Assembly: GCA_002269645.1 (NCBI GenBank)
Contig: NIVC01000704.1
Coordinates: 246,996-310,995, forward strand
Direction of reading: 5' to 3'
Length of the DNA stretch: 64,000 bases
From: Macrostomum lignano
Taxonomy: Eukaryota
Shown: positions 13,831 through 26,633 of the stretch, piece after piece
Layout: each line of letters opens with the position of its first letter
How positions within the stretch are numbered: the first letter of the stretch is position 1
Position numbers and translations under genes: made by a program
Notes under the pieces: model-generated
Seen by the model: only the letters and a program-made list of their open reading frames with translations
What the model was told of the DNA's origin: nothing
The model's database searches: none

Positions 13831-14545
13831 AGAATGTGAACTCCTATTTAGTTAGGCTTCTAAATGGGATTTGCTAGAGGTGGAATGTAGGTAAGGGAGG
13901 GCAATCCATCCTATTGGGGCAGAGGAAGTTCGTAGTTAGGGAAACTACCGCAAGTTGAGACGGCACATGCATGGCTTGAAAACAGAAATGTATATACGCA
14001 TCATGATATGCATGCAAACTCGAGTACCAATATAATGAATTGAACCATAAATATAATATAACTAATTAAAAACACACAACCCCGCCGCCAGGAGCTTGAA
14101 CCAGCTCCGAATGTGTGGCAGGAGAATGTAAACTTGAATATAGCGGCTGAATATTGGGGGGGGGGGGGCGGATCTGTACTGAACTATTGTAATCGGCGGT
14201 GCAAACATATATATACTGTATAACCATTTCATAATTACTACTATTAGTAGATCCGAATTCGCTGACAAAACTCTATTGAAAGCTGCTTGCCAAGTCCAAG
14301 CAAACAGTTCTGAATTAGAAGGACGCGGAACCGCCTCCATATTTAAAAAAAACATAATTGTACATAAAAATCGGCCTTCAAAAAGGCATTTAAACAATTT
14401 CAACAGTGCCTAGTGATCAGTCATTCCAATTAAGAAATCGTAGGCCGAGTACAGGTAGGATTCAAAGGTTATTGTCATTAAAAATGGAAAGCAGGAGTAC
14501 ACAGAGAGACACAGTGATTCGATGAGCCAAGTTCGGCCAGCCAGT

Positions 14546-15799
14546 TCAGGTCATGGCACCGAACACCGGGTTGTGCCGGCAGATGCTGGCTCCGTATTCC
14601 ATATACTGCTCCTTGGTGTGGGACACCGAGTAGAACTCGTTGGTGGAGGCCACCAGGGAGCCGCCGAACCAGACAGCGTAGCGCTGCTTGGCGTGGGAGA
14701 AAACGTTCACCTCGATTGGGGTCGGCTTCTGGCCGCTGAACACCTCCACAGCCTTCAGGCGGCTGTCCGATGCTCGCTTGATGTCGCGCTGCAGCCGTTT
14801 GCCGAGGTCTTTGAACATGCTGGAGCCGCCGCTCAGCACGATGTTCTTGTACAGGCCGCGCCGGTTGTCGATGGGGCAGGCCTGGATCACGTTGTCCACG
14901 GCTTCGGACAGCGGAGTCTGGAAGTCCGGGTTGGCAAACTCCGGGTGGAAGAAGATCTCGGGGGCCAAGAATCTCTCGTAGCCGACATCCACAGTGAACG
15001 GGGCATTGTTGATGGGGTTGATGCTCGTGTACGTCTTAATCCACTTGGAGCTCTCCGCGTCGTACTTGTTGAACTCCTTCGCGATGTCCGGGCACACGTA
15101 GCAGTAGCGCTCCTTGATGGCCTTGGCGGTGTCCATGCTCATGTCCGGCGGGATGCCCACCTCGCGTTCGCGCAGCAGCTGCTGAATGAAGAAGGTGATG
15201 TCGCGGCCAGCGATGGGGATATGCTGGATGCAGCTGCCGATGACGTAGCCGTCGGCCACCGGGATGACGTGGGTAACGCCGTCGCCGGAGTCGATGACAA
15301 CCCCGGTGAGGGTTCGCTCGCCCTCCGGCCTGGTGGTCCAGCTGGCGGCCAGGGCCAGCACCGCCTGCACAGCGATGTACAGTCCAGGGACGTTGAACGT
15401 CTCGAACATTATCTCCGCGGTGTACTCCCGGTTCTCCGGGGTGTTCAATGGTGGCTCAGTCAGCAGGAAGTAGTGATCTTCCGGCTCGGCGCGCAGGTAC
15501 TTGAAGATAGCCTGCTCGTAGAAGCGCTCCATCAGGTCCCAGTCGTCCACCTGGCCGTGCCGGATCGGCCACTTGGTGGCGTAGCTGCTGGCCACCGTCA
15601 GCGCCTCGTCGCCGATGTAGAAATTCAAATCATCCAGGCCGGTGCCGAGGCGCCTGGACTCCTTGGTGCCAACTTTGGCAGCCTCCTTGATGCCGATGCA
15701 GCTGGGCATAATGAACTGAGGCTCGCTGTTGCCAGCGTAGCCCATCTTGGAGTAGCCGGTGCCGTTGTCAATGACAACCGCTGGAAGCCTGCCTGCCAT
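14546..15799 (-). CDS. ACTR3: Actin-related protein 3 (Arp2/3 complex), intronless CDS of 417 aa
   Basis: [55 protein letters not shown] and the C-terminal [13 protein letters not shown] are diagnostic of ARP3. Confidence 0.98.
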   Translation of the reverse strand: MAGRLPAVVIDNGTGYSKMGYAGNSEPQFIMPSCIGIKEAAKVGTKESRRLGTGLDDLNFYIGDEALTVASSYATKWPIRHGQVDDWDLMERFYEQAIFKYLRAEPEDHYFLLTEPPLNTPENREYTAEIMFETFNVPGLYIAVQAVLALAASWTTRPEGERTLTGVVIDSGDGVTHVIPVADGYVIGSCIQHIPIAGRDITFFIQQLLREREVGIPPDMSMDTAKAIKERYCYVCPDIAKEFNKYDAESSKWIKTYTSINPINNAPFTVDVGYERFLAPEIFFHPEFANPDFQTPLSEAVDNVIQACPIDNRRGLYKNIVLSGGSSMFKDLGKRLQRDIKRASDSRLKAVEVFSGQKPTPIEVNVFSHAKQRYAVWFGGSLVASTNEFYSVSHTKEQYMEYGASICRHNPVFGAMT

Positions 15800-15979
15800 G
15801 GCTGCTGGAGCAGCGGGGGGAGATGTTTGTTTTCATGCTTTTGTATCACTTTTATAGCTTTGCACAGACCGCTTTGAGTTGTGGGAATGTCCTCTAGGGA
15901 ATCTTTGAGACCCAGGTCACAAAACTACTAAACATGAGATCCTCATCCCGGTAGTACCGAGCCCCATGATTCTGGCCTT

Positions 15980-16620
15980 AAGGAAGCTTTTTATCCCAAT
16001 CCTGTTTCTGAATTCTCCTGATCCCATTCCTGATTCCATTCCTGATCCCCAAATATTCTGATCCCAATCCCGGTCCCCAAGTATCCTGATTCCAATCCCG
16101 ATCCTCAAATATCCTGATGATAATCCCGGTCCCCAAGTATCCTGATCCCAATCCCGGTCCCCAAGTATCCTGATCCCAATCCCGGTCCCCAAGTATCCTG
16201 ATCCCAATCCCGGTCCCCAAGTATCCTGATCCCAATCCCGGTCCCCAAGTATCCTGATCCCAATTTTGATCCTCAAATATCCTTATCCCAATCCCGGTCC
16301 CCAAGTATCCTGATCCCAATCCCGGTCCCCAAGTATCCTGATCCCAATCCCGGTCCCCAAGTATCCTGATCCCAATCCCGGTCCCCAAGTATCCTGATCC
16401 CAATTTTGATCCTCAAATATCCTTATCCCAATCCCGGTCCCCAAGTATCCTGATCCCAATCCCGATCCTCAAATATCCTGATCCCCAATCCCGATTCCTA
16501 AATAAACTTATCCCCAAATATCCTGATCCCAATCCTGATTCTTAAATATACTGATCCCCAAATATCCTGATCCCCGAATTTCCTGATCCCAATCCCGATT
16601 CCTAAATATACTGATCGCAA
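15980..16620. repeat. ~28-bp minisatellite (atcctgatcccaatcccggtccccaagt)
   Basis: Tandem copies upstream of ARP3. Confidence 0.92.
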
Positions 16621-17084
16621 TCACGATTTTCAAATATATTGAACCCGATTCCTAAATTCCCAATTCCGATTCGTGTGGCAAAGCTCTGCACCAGTTGGCA
16701 ATATACAAGACGCCGAATTCGCACAGCTCAGTGATAATAACGATAACTGCCTAGCAACAGAGCGCGTTCTTTCAGTCTTCTTTACTTGTACTTTAAATGT
16801 AAAAAATCGCAATCAATACAATACAACACCGAAGGTGAGAACTAAATTTAAAGCAATTATGTCACGTAGAAAAATATGAAAAAAAACTTGTCCAAAACGG
16901 CAGGGTACACAAGCGGCAGGGTAGGCAAGGGAAGAAGGGGTCGGGGTCGCGACAGAAGAAAGACCGGCAGCGCTGAACGAAACAAAGGAGAGTAAAACGG
17001 TAAAACAAAAAATAAAGAGAGGAAAAAACCTTCTACTTAATCAAAGATGCGCGCGCGCGCGCCTCTCACGACTGCAGCTACAGG

Positions 17085-17600
<516 letters not shown>

Positions 17601-18739
17601 GTCAAATTCCTTTCAGCGACCACTCAAATACTGGTAGAGAACTCGACTGGCTGTGCGGACAGACCTAAGCCCAGGGCACAGGACTGATATTGGTCTTCTG
17701 CAACTGGATAAGTTTGTAAGAGCGCTCCAAAGTGCCTTTTTCATACACGATAACGCATCAACTTTATTAGTCGTAGGTGATGAGCAATGTGGACAATAAA
17801 TGTGGGGTTTCTGTGGGGTTGCACTGGGGGGTGTTTGGTGTGAAACGTACTCGCAAGAGACAGACTGATGGAGATTTACAGGGCTCAAAAAATCAATGAC
17901 ACTGGGTATCACGCAGCGAGGCAATGCAGTACAGCAGGTCGAATGAAACACCTCAATAGGTGAGTTTCAGGGCACTGAAAATCTATCTTATATATAACAT
18001 ACAAATTGGATAAGTCACATAGTCTTTCATAGTACGGACCGCAATACAGGTAAGCCGAGCCGAGCAAGTCCTGAAATAGTGAATGGTGATGATCGAGACA
18101 GACTGAATACACACAGGACAGGTCATTAGAGAGGCCGCCAAAAGTACACTATAATCATATTTATCATCCCATGCCAGCTGCCAAACGGGAATTGCCGTAG
18201 AACGATGATCAAATGAAAAAAGCAAACAAAAACAAAAAAGCAGTCAATTCAAGCTCGGAGAAACCGCTGGCCAAACAGCAGTTCAGATAGCCAATTTCAG
18301 CAATCAAGTTTTACAAGAAAACACAGGTACAACAAGGAGCAATTCTAGATGGAAATACGATATTAACAACGAAAGTTTGGTGCGGACAGGCGCCGTGCTG
18401 ACTTTAAAAAACAGATCTCGGGGGATTGCAGTCGGTGCTAAAACTCGGCGCTCATTTTACTGAGAAGGAGTGGCCGGGACTGCTTATGAACAGGTGAGGT
18501 CAGGTCATGCACAGGCTCTGTGGCTATTCTATTCATGCGCTAATGCATTGACGCAGAATCTGCGGTACATGTGTGTACAGTGCTCAACACTCAAGAGAAA
18601 AGAAACACAACGCAACGCTTGTTATAGTGCGTTGAGATGTCGGGGCAGGGGGGGGGCATTGCGGGTGCATGCGGGAAATGCGAGACACAGCGGGCTAGCA
18701 GGTGCTGCACATTTCTGACTGACTGGCGGGCCGCGGAAG

Positions 18740-21651
18740 CTACGAGGCGATCCAGAAAACGCCGGCCAGCAGGGCCAGCAGCACCGGCAGGACCCGGCGG
18801 CGAGCAGCAGGCGGCTGCGGTTGGCGGCGGCCCGGGCCTCGGCGCGGCAGTCGGCCAGCTGGCGGTCGCAGGCGGCCCGGAGGTCGCGACGCCGCTGCTC
18901 TAGGTTGGCGCGCTCGTCACGGCCGGCGAGGGCAGTCAGCTCGGCGTCGGTAATCCGCGCCGCTAAGCTGTCGCAGTCGGCCAGAAGCTGGCGCCGCCTG
19001 TCGGCCTCGAAGTCCAGGCTGGCTCGAAGGTGCGCAGTTTCGGCGTCGACTTCCTGCAAAGCGGCCTGTAGCGTCGGCGACGACTTCAGCAGCGGCTGCA
19101 GCAGCTGGCGCTCTGCTTTCTCTACGGCGATCGGATCGGCTCGAAGGCAGCGAAGGAGGTCGAGCAGCCAGGCAGCGTTCTGCTGGCCATTCGAGCCGGG
19201 CGATGGCGGCCGAGGCAGCTGCTGGCGCGGCCGCTGCTGGCGGAGCTGCTTCTGGGCCTCCAGCTCGAGCATTCGAGTCTCCAGCTGGTTGAGGCAGGAC
19301 AGAGCCGACTCCAGCCGGGTGTGGAGGTCGTCGACTTTGGCCGAGGAGGCGTCCAGAGACGCCTGTTGGTCGCGCAGCTGAGTCTTGCACGCCTGAGGGT
19401 TAAATGCATTTGCGGTGTTACACTAGCTGCTCCCATTCTGATAATCACTGCATCATTAAGAAAGGTGATATTGAGTAAATAGGTCCTGAGAACTTGTACA
19501 TACTACACTGCACTAAAACTGTTCAATATCTATGCCATGGGTCAAAACATGGAATTAACATTCACAGTTTCATTCAGAGACGAGGGCTTGTGCGATTTAC
19601 GCTCAAAATGAGGACCAACCCGCTCACTTCTAAGCACATACAAGCTTAGGATGAGGATCAACACTGTACGAAGACCCGCACTTACATACACGCTCACAGA
19701 CGGTGGGTGTACAGTGGCCCTGACTTTCAGTCATGTTTTAATGAGAGTCAGTCACGCACAGTGTGCCTTGGCGTTGGCCTTAATGAGTGTGACTGAGAGT
19801 CAGTCACGCACAGTGTGCCTTGGCGTTGGCCTTAATGAGTGTGACTGAGAGTCAGTCACGCACAGTGTGCCTTGGCGTTGGCCTTAATGAGTGTGACTGA
19901 GAGTCAGTCACGCACAGTGTGCCTTGGCGTTGGCCTTAATGAGTGTGACTGAGAGTCAGTCACGCACAGTGTGCCTTGGCGTTGGCCTTAATGAGTGTGA
20001 CTGAGAGTCAGTCATGCACAGTGTGCCTTGGCGTTGGCCTTAATGAGTGTGACTGAGAGTCAGTCACGCACAGTGTGCCTTGGCGTTGGCCTTAATGAGT
20101 GTGACTGAGAGTCAGTCATGCACAGTGTGCCTTGGCGTTGGCCTTAATGAGTGTGACTGAGAGTCAGTCACGCACAGTGTGCCTTGGCGTTGGCCTTAAT
20201 GAGTGTGACTGAGAGTCAGTCACGCACAGTGTGCCTTGGCGTTGGCCTTAATGAGTGTGACTGAGAGTCAGTCATGCACAGTGTGCCTTGGCGTTGGCTT
20301 TAATGAGTGTGACTTTTGGCAGACCGCCAAATCTGCATGAAACATGAATTATTAACAATAATCTGAGTTTAAGACCGACCTGCAGTTGCGCCTTCAACAA
20401 GTCCGCCTGCGGCCCTGTTTGCGGCGCCGGGGCACCCGAGTCTGCCACAGTTTGCGCTTCGGCGTCCGCTCGTTCGACGGCTCCACTCCGCCCAGACTGT
20501 GGCTCTCGCTGACCGTCGTTCAGAGCCTCGCCCAGTTCTTTAATTCGTGACTTAAGAGAGGAATTGCGCTCCATCTCTTTGGCCAGCTGGGAGCTCAGCT
20601 CATCTAACTCCTGCGCCAGCCGCTCGCCGAGCTCGCGCAGCCGGTCCTCGGTGCGGTCGCGCTCCTCCCGCAGGTGCTGGCACTCGTCTTGGCTGTCGCG
20701 CCAGGCCCGCTCAAGCTCGCCGGCTCTATGGACGGCGGCGCCGCACTCGACTAGCGCGGTTTCTAGGCGCCGCTTCAGCGTCTCCTCGGCAGCGGCACCG
20801 GCACGAACCGCAGCCGACAGCGAGTCGCCAGCAGCGGCTCCGTCGCGGTCGTCAGCATCGCTGTCAGAGTTGACACCGGCAGCGGCTACCTGGGCTTCAA
20901 GTAGCTCAAGCCGCTGCGTCAGCTGCTCCTGATCCAGCACGGTTGTCCAGGCGCCCGCGCTAACGCCAGCTATGGAGTCAAGAAGTTCGCGGAATTTGTC
21001 CAGCTTAACGGTGAGCAGACGCTCCCTGTGCAGCGCCTCCTGCAGGTACTGGCTGAGCTGGTGCACCTGCTCCTGGCTCACCGTGTTGGCGGCCGCCGCT
21101 GCTGCTGCCGCGGCTGCCACCGCCTCGGCGTCTGCTTCGGAACCGGGCGGCACAAACGCGGAGGCAGCGGAGCTCAACGAGGCGGAGTCCGGCCGCTTGT
21201 CCTCGCTGCCGTCTGCGTGGTACAGAAACACGGAGGCTATGACGCAGCCGTGGGTGACCTTCTTGGAATTTTCCACCACTTCAACGCCGAACTGGACGAT
21301 GTCGCCGCTAAGCAGTCGGCGAGGCGGGCTTTCCTCGTTGCCTTTGCCAAGCCGCTGATTGTTAACGTAAGTTCCATTGCTGCTTTTTGTGTCCTTCAGC
21401 CAGAACTGGCCGGACTCATACCACAGCAGGGCGTGGTTCCGGCTGAGCACCTTGCAGTCGAATATGGCATTGTCGATGGAGGGCTTGGACTTGGCCACGG
21501 ACCGGCCGATCTTCACCGCCTCCTGGCCCAACGGCACCCGGCGCTCTGAGAACGGGTGCGACTGCGGCAGTGACTTTAAGCAGACCACCGGCAGGTCTTC
21601 GAGTCCGTTGTTCAACTCATCGACGACGTCGAAGACCTTGCATTCGCGCAT
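18740..21651 (-). CDS. SLMAP: Sarcolemmal membrane-associated protein (FHA domain, coiled coil, tail anchor); exons 21651-20380 and 19392-18740, with an apparent 1-nt frameshift at 18793-18795
   Basis: FHA segment SHPFSERRVPLGQEAVKIGRSVAK..NAIFDCKVLSRNHALLWYESGQFWLKDTKSSNGTYVNNQRL is SLMAP-type. The phase-0 intron spans 20379-19393. The hydrophobic tail VLPVLLALLAGVFWIAS* lies in a shifted frame. Confidence 0.9.
19742..20312. repeat. 52-bp minisatellite in the SLMAP intron
   Basis: About 11 near-identical copies of gagagtcagtcacgcacagtgtgccttggcgttggccttaatgagtgtgact. Confidence 0.95.
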
Positions 21652-22035
21652 AGCGACCTCTTGCTGTTGCTGCTGCTGCTTCTGTTGCTGTTTCTGTTGC
21701 TTGCGCCTCTGGCTGCTTTTGGTGCCGCCTGGGTCGCGTTTCACATCCTGCGATACCTGGAATCGATGCGGATGCAGATTTTATTTCTGCTATTTAAATT
21801 ACTACTGACAGAGTAGTAGACTACTAAAATAAAAGCCTACACACTAAAAGCTTAAAAAACTATAACTAAGTATTTGCGCAGACATTAGAGAAAAAAGAAA
21901 GGCAACGAGAAATCAATTCCAATTCCAAGTCGAAACTGACTCAGCCCTCTGATTTATTCACAGCCCGTAGGCCGCGAACACACAAGCAGACCAGCGGAAG
22001 CAGTCAGCGCAAAACCTGGAACACACATCGCCTCT

Positions 22036-22386
22036 TCACTTGGCCACCGTGACCTCGACCTCGACCTCCGGCTCGATGCTGATGCTGGTGATCTGCTTGA
22101 CGGTCTCGGCGGGCGACTGCAGGTCGATGAGCCGCTTGTGCAGCCGCAGGCGGTACCGGTCCCACGTCTTCGAGCCCTCGCCGCACGGAGTCTTGCGGGT
22201 CGTGAGGCTCAGAACCTTCGTCGGCATCCGCACCGGCCCCTTCACTGGCAGGTTCTTGTCTTTGGCGCCCTTGATCAGGTCAGCGCACACCTTCTCCAGG
22301 CTGCGGACATTCTTTGACGTCAGCGTGATGCGGATCCGGTGAACCTGCGCCGACTGCAGCTCCTCCTTGCCGTCCTTGGCGTCCAT
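22036..22386 (-). CDS. RPS20: 40S ribosomal protein S20 (uS10), copy 1, intronless
   Basis: [32 protein letters not shown] and [15 protein letters not shown]. Acceptor at 22461; AATAAA at 21953-21958. Confidence 0.98.
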   Translation of the reverse strand: MDAKDGKEELQSAQVHRIRITLTSKNVRSLEKVCADLIKGAKDKNLPVKGPVRMPTKVLSLTTRKTPCGEGSKTWDRYRLRLHKRLIDLQSPAETVKQITSISIEPEVEVEVTVAK

Positions 22387-23959
22387 GGCAACTGTTGCTA
22401 GGCTGACTGGATTATCGAGAGTGACTGGCCGAGATACTCAGGTGAAGCAGCGCTGAGCCAGCTGGAAGGAAAGAAGCAATTATAGTTAGTTTCATAGATT
22501 ACAAGCTCATACATCTATCTAAGAGACAGACACTACTATAGTAGGGAAATGCACATTTGGAAAGGAAAATATTTAATAATTAGACTGAAAATTTAATAAT
22601 ATACCTTTGCGCAATTGAATTCGTCTAAACTGCAAAGCCTTTCGCCCACTAATGCTTTCTTAATTGAGGGCTGAATTTCGATCATACCATAGACAGCTGC
22701 GTTCACGCAAAAACGTTTTATCAATTCAATTCAGCCATTTGAATAAATCTATGAAAATAGCTCCCGAAAAGGCATGTTTATACATAAAATCTTTCTCTAA
22801 GCCATTATATCTGCCGTGAACAGTTTGCAATGTTCAGCTTTACCTGTTCTTGGCACAAACGTGAATGATGCTAGTAGTTAGACGCATCACTACAATAACC
22901 CTAATTCTGACTTCTCTATACTGATAGTGCAGTAGTATAAAGTGAAGCTGAATAATCATACTTCAATACTTTGGTTTGACAGACCGTCATAGTATATTTC
23001 TAACGCATTATCTATGACTATTAACCAATTATAATTCCACGAATACTTCAAACACTGCTTCTAAATTAAATGCCAGCTGAGAGTGAGCTTTCTGGGTTGG
23101 GAAGCGGTTTGGAGCAGGATTGGCCATAGACTAGCCTCATATGGAAAAAGTTGTAAGTTGCTTTAGGCATATAACGATCATACTCCTTTACCGTGAATTT
23201 GCTGAGACATATATCAGCTATCCGTTTGATGCGACGTAGGACAACTCCGATGTGCCCTAAAGTTGGGACGGACATAAGCGTTTTTTACCACAGACTATCT
23301 TCTGTCGTGAAACACTTCACTCTTAAGTTCGAGCGTTTCTCTCTTTGAGTCGCATCTAACTTGGATCCCAGCCAGGATCAATTTTTAGTTTAGTGATGAA
23401 ACAGCCACATACTAACCTCGGGCCCAGTTGGAACCTAAGATCAAACTTTGCTTTTTGAAACACCCCAGACCCCAATGCCTATCTGCACTAAACGCTGCTC
23501 CCTATTAGCGAAGACGCGCCTGGCCAATCCAATGCCCACCGCACCGAATGCATTTTTGCCAACCCATCAAGCCAAACAATTAAATAGCGGCCGGGCGGAC
23601 CCGGGAGGGGCCAGACAGAATCGGCGTTATTTTTAGCTCCTATTTCCTGCAATACGAAGGGGGCGAACGGTTGGCAGCGAGCGGTGCACCTTGCTTGCTG
23701 CAAGTATGAAATGCAGATAGAAATGCCAGCCCATTCACCTAGATATAACTGCCGCCTGATTCCCCCCAGATGCAAATGACGCTAAGAAAGCTGCCGCAGT
23801 CAGCGGCAAAAAAGAAGACGGAAGAGCCCTGCAGTTTGTCCAAGGCAGCCGAAATGCGACTCTCTCAGCCCTCTAATTTATTCACAGCCCGTAGGCCGCG
23901 GACACACAAGCAGACCAGCGGACGCAGTCAGCGCAAAACCTGGAACACACATCGCCTCT

Positions 23960-24310
23960 TCACTTGGCCACCGTGACCTCGACCTCGACCTCCGGCTCGA
24001 TGCTGATGCTGGTGATCTGCTTGACGGTCTCGGCGGGCGACTGCAGGTCGATGAGCCGCTTGTGCAGCCGCAGGCGGTACCGGTCCCACGTCTTCGAGCC
24101 CTCGCCGCACGGAGTCTTGCGGGTCGTGAGGCTCAGAACCTTCGTCGGCATCCGCACCGGCCCCTTCACTGGCAGGTTCTTGTCTTTGGCGCCCTTGATC
24201 AGGTCAGCGCACACCTTCTCCAGGCTGCGGACATTCTTTGACGTCAGCGTGATGCGGATCCGGTGAACCTGCGCCGACTGCAGCTCCTCCTTGCCGTCCT
24301 TGGCGTCCAT
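23960..24310 (-). CDS. RPS20: 40S ribosomal protein S20 (uS10), copy 2, intronless
   Basis: Same 116-aa protein as copy 1. Acceptor at 24385; AATAAA at 23877-23882. Confidence 0.98.
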   Translation of the reverse strand: MDAKDGKEELQSAQVHRIRITLTSKNVRSLEKVCADLIKGAKDKNLPVKGPVRMPTKVLSLTTRKTPCGEGSKTWDRYRLRLHKRLIDLQSPAETVKQITSISIEPEVEVEVTVAK

Positions 24311-24641
24311 GGCAACTGTTGCTAGGCTGACTGGATTATCGAGAGTGACTGGCCGAGATGCTCAGGTGAAGCAGCGCTGAGCCAGCTGTAATTAAAAACA
24401 CATATTGTCTACAATACATTCTATTTTCCTAAAAGGTTAAACTGCCAAACTAAGGCGAGCTACGATATAATAAATGAATGCAGAAGACACATTTGCTGGG
24501 TACAATCTTATTAAAAGCATTTATTAGGAGAATAGCGCATGAGCAGGGCACAACACATCATAGTTAAACAGTAGCCGAACAGCTATGTACAGATCAGAGA
24601 GTTTAGACACGCACTAGCAGTCAAAAGCACTAGCAGTTAAT

Positions 24642-25070
24642 TTAGTATCGATATTTGGTAGAATAATCCTTGGGCGACACCACCAGACCCCGGCCTTTGC
24701 GGGCGCCCCTGAACACTGTCTCGACTATGTCGATAAACTCGCCAGTGTCCTCGACAGCCCAGTTGATTTTGTTATTATTTCCGGTGCCCAGGTCGATCAT
24801 GATGTGCTTGTTTCTGTAGAAGAACATCACCGTGCAGGGGTCGTAGAGTTCGTACATCTTGTTGAAGTTTGGCACCTTCTGAATGTCAACAAGGTAAATG
24901 ACGGCAAAGTTTTTAACCTTCTCGGCCACTTTAAACAGAGTCTCGTCCATGACCATACAGGCGGGATCCCAGTCGTGTCCGAACCGAATAATCACGAGCC
25001 GATCCTCCTCGGACAGAATGGCCTGGTCCACCTGCCAGCCATTGGTGAGGTGGGGCAGCATGTAAGACAT
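24642..25070 (-). CDS. TXNL4A: U5 snRNP thioredoxin-like protein Dim1, 142 aa, intronless
   Basis: MSYMLPHLTNGWQVDQAILSEEDRLVIIRFGHDWDPACM ... GLVVSPKDYSTKYRY. Acceptor at 25093; AATAAA at 24520-24525. Confidence 0.98.
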   Translation of the reverse strand: MSYMLPHLTNGWQVDQAILSEEDRLVIIRFGHDWDPACMVMDETLFKVAEKVKNFAVIYLVDIQKVPNFNKMYELYDPCTVMFFYRNKHIMIDLGTGNNNKINWAVEDTGEFIDIVETVFRGARKGRGLVVSPKDYSTKYRY

Positions 25071-26633
25071 GGCTGAGGGCTTGCGCAATCGAGCTGGAAA
25101 ATGGATGCGCAATATGTCTTGTATTAACTTGAGCGTTATTTTACTTCATCATTCAAACTGTGTCATTCAAACACATTTGTTCTGCAACCCAATCATAATT
25201 ATTGCCATGAAAAATTGAAAAGTGCTTCGGGTGCTGTGTAGATGCTTATATTTCTGCCTAGTACTGAAAACAAAATGATACTTTTGGCACCAAGCCAATT
25301 AATGATAAGATCATTTTTGTCTATACTTTTCAGTTGCTTTTTTGATACATTTTCCACAGAAACTACCAAGAACACTCTGTTGCCAGAAACCATGTAGAAA
25401 ACAAAAATGCTCATCCCATAGTATAAAATTATAAAAACATGCAAAACATGAGTTTGTTTTAACAAAAATTGTTTTCTCTGTGTTTTTAGGTTTTTTTAAT
25501 GGTCTAATAATTTAATTTATTTTTGTCTCTTAATGTACAATTATTGACCAGACTGAACCCATTCGTCTATTGCCTTGTACAGTTTTTGATTTTATTTATT
25601 TATGTAAATATACGGAATTGTGAATCATGAGTGCAAGCCCTAAAGATGACCGCTTGTGTTGAAACACATTGGCTATAATAATAATTTTCTTATATGTTGG
25701 TGTTGGCCTTCATTTCTCTATTATTTATTAAACAAGCATCTCTACCAAAATGTTACTACTGGGTTGACTCTAGTTGCAATTTTTTCTTTATTTTCTCTCT
25801 ATTTTATAGTTGCCTTTCTGTTTTTTTCTTTCCTTTTCACTCTTATTTTCTCCTTGCCTTGTTTATTTGTCTTCCTTTTTAGCATTTTTGGGAGTGAGAA
25901 CAATTTTGCTACTTACCTTGGCTAGTAGCCTCTGTCTAACTAATTTAGACAAGTTTTGCACAGATATTTTTAGTTATAAATAACTTATGTTTATAAAAAT
26001 TTCTATGCAAATTAATTTTCTCAAGATATCATTTGATTAATAATTTTTTACTCCTTTGGATTGTTCCATACAATAATGGTTGTAACATTTATAGCAATAA
26101 ATATTTACAAAGCATATATTCATATAGTGAGGAAAGGCATAAAAATTAACAGAATTTAATTGGAAAAATGTTTTATAGGCACAATGCTACTATAGAATCT
26201 TCCTTGTTTTTATGATCTTATAATCATAAAATTATAGCTGTAACATAGTTTGTAAAAAATTCAGTACAATTTGTAGAAGGGGGAGCAGATTTTGGAGGGT
26301 AAAGACCTTTGGGAGGGGGTGGAGAGGGTGGCTCTACATTTTGGCAAAAAAATTGCTTGGTCTCCCCTTTGACTTTTTCTAGTCTCTGCCAAGAGAGGAG
26401 AAACCACTTCCCCATCTACCCTGGTTGTGCCACTGAAAAAAAAATGTGAGCTATTTTGAATGATTATGATTTCCTTTATGTAATTTTATAGAATTAAACA
26501 ATGCATTCAATAGAAAAGATCACTATTATTCTCTTGTTGAAGTTTCAAGGCAAAATTTATAATTAATGATTAGTTATAGTTAGTCTAATTAGTTTAGTAT
26601 AGTTAGTTTAAGTTTGTAACTATAAGTCAATAT

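Noticed and set aside
19742-20312. CRISPR-like appearance of regular 39-52-bp arrays
   Set aside because: Units are contiguous with no unique spacers, there are no cas genes, and the context is eukaryotic introns.
22833-22890. Possible C/D snoRNA between the RPS20 copies
   Set aside because: Box C has a mismatch (GTGATGC), the terminal stem is weak, and I could not identify a guide target. A snoscan/Infernal run would be needed.
23375-23445. Sm-site-like AATTTTTAG, TACTAAC and the U2-like CTAAGATCAA
   Set aside because: No GTAGTA branch-pairing region or other snRNA/SL structure follows; likely chance.
25199-25925. AT-rich 60-90-aa ORFs upstream of Dim1
   Set aside because: Codon usage is unlike the genes here, there are no recognisable motifs, and such ORFs are expected by chance.
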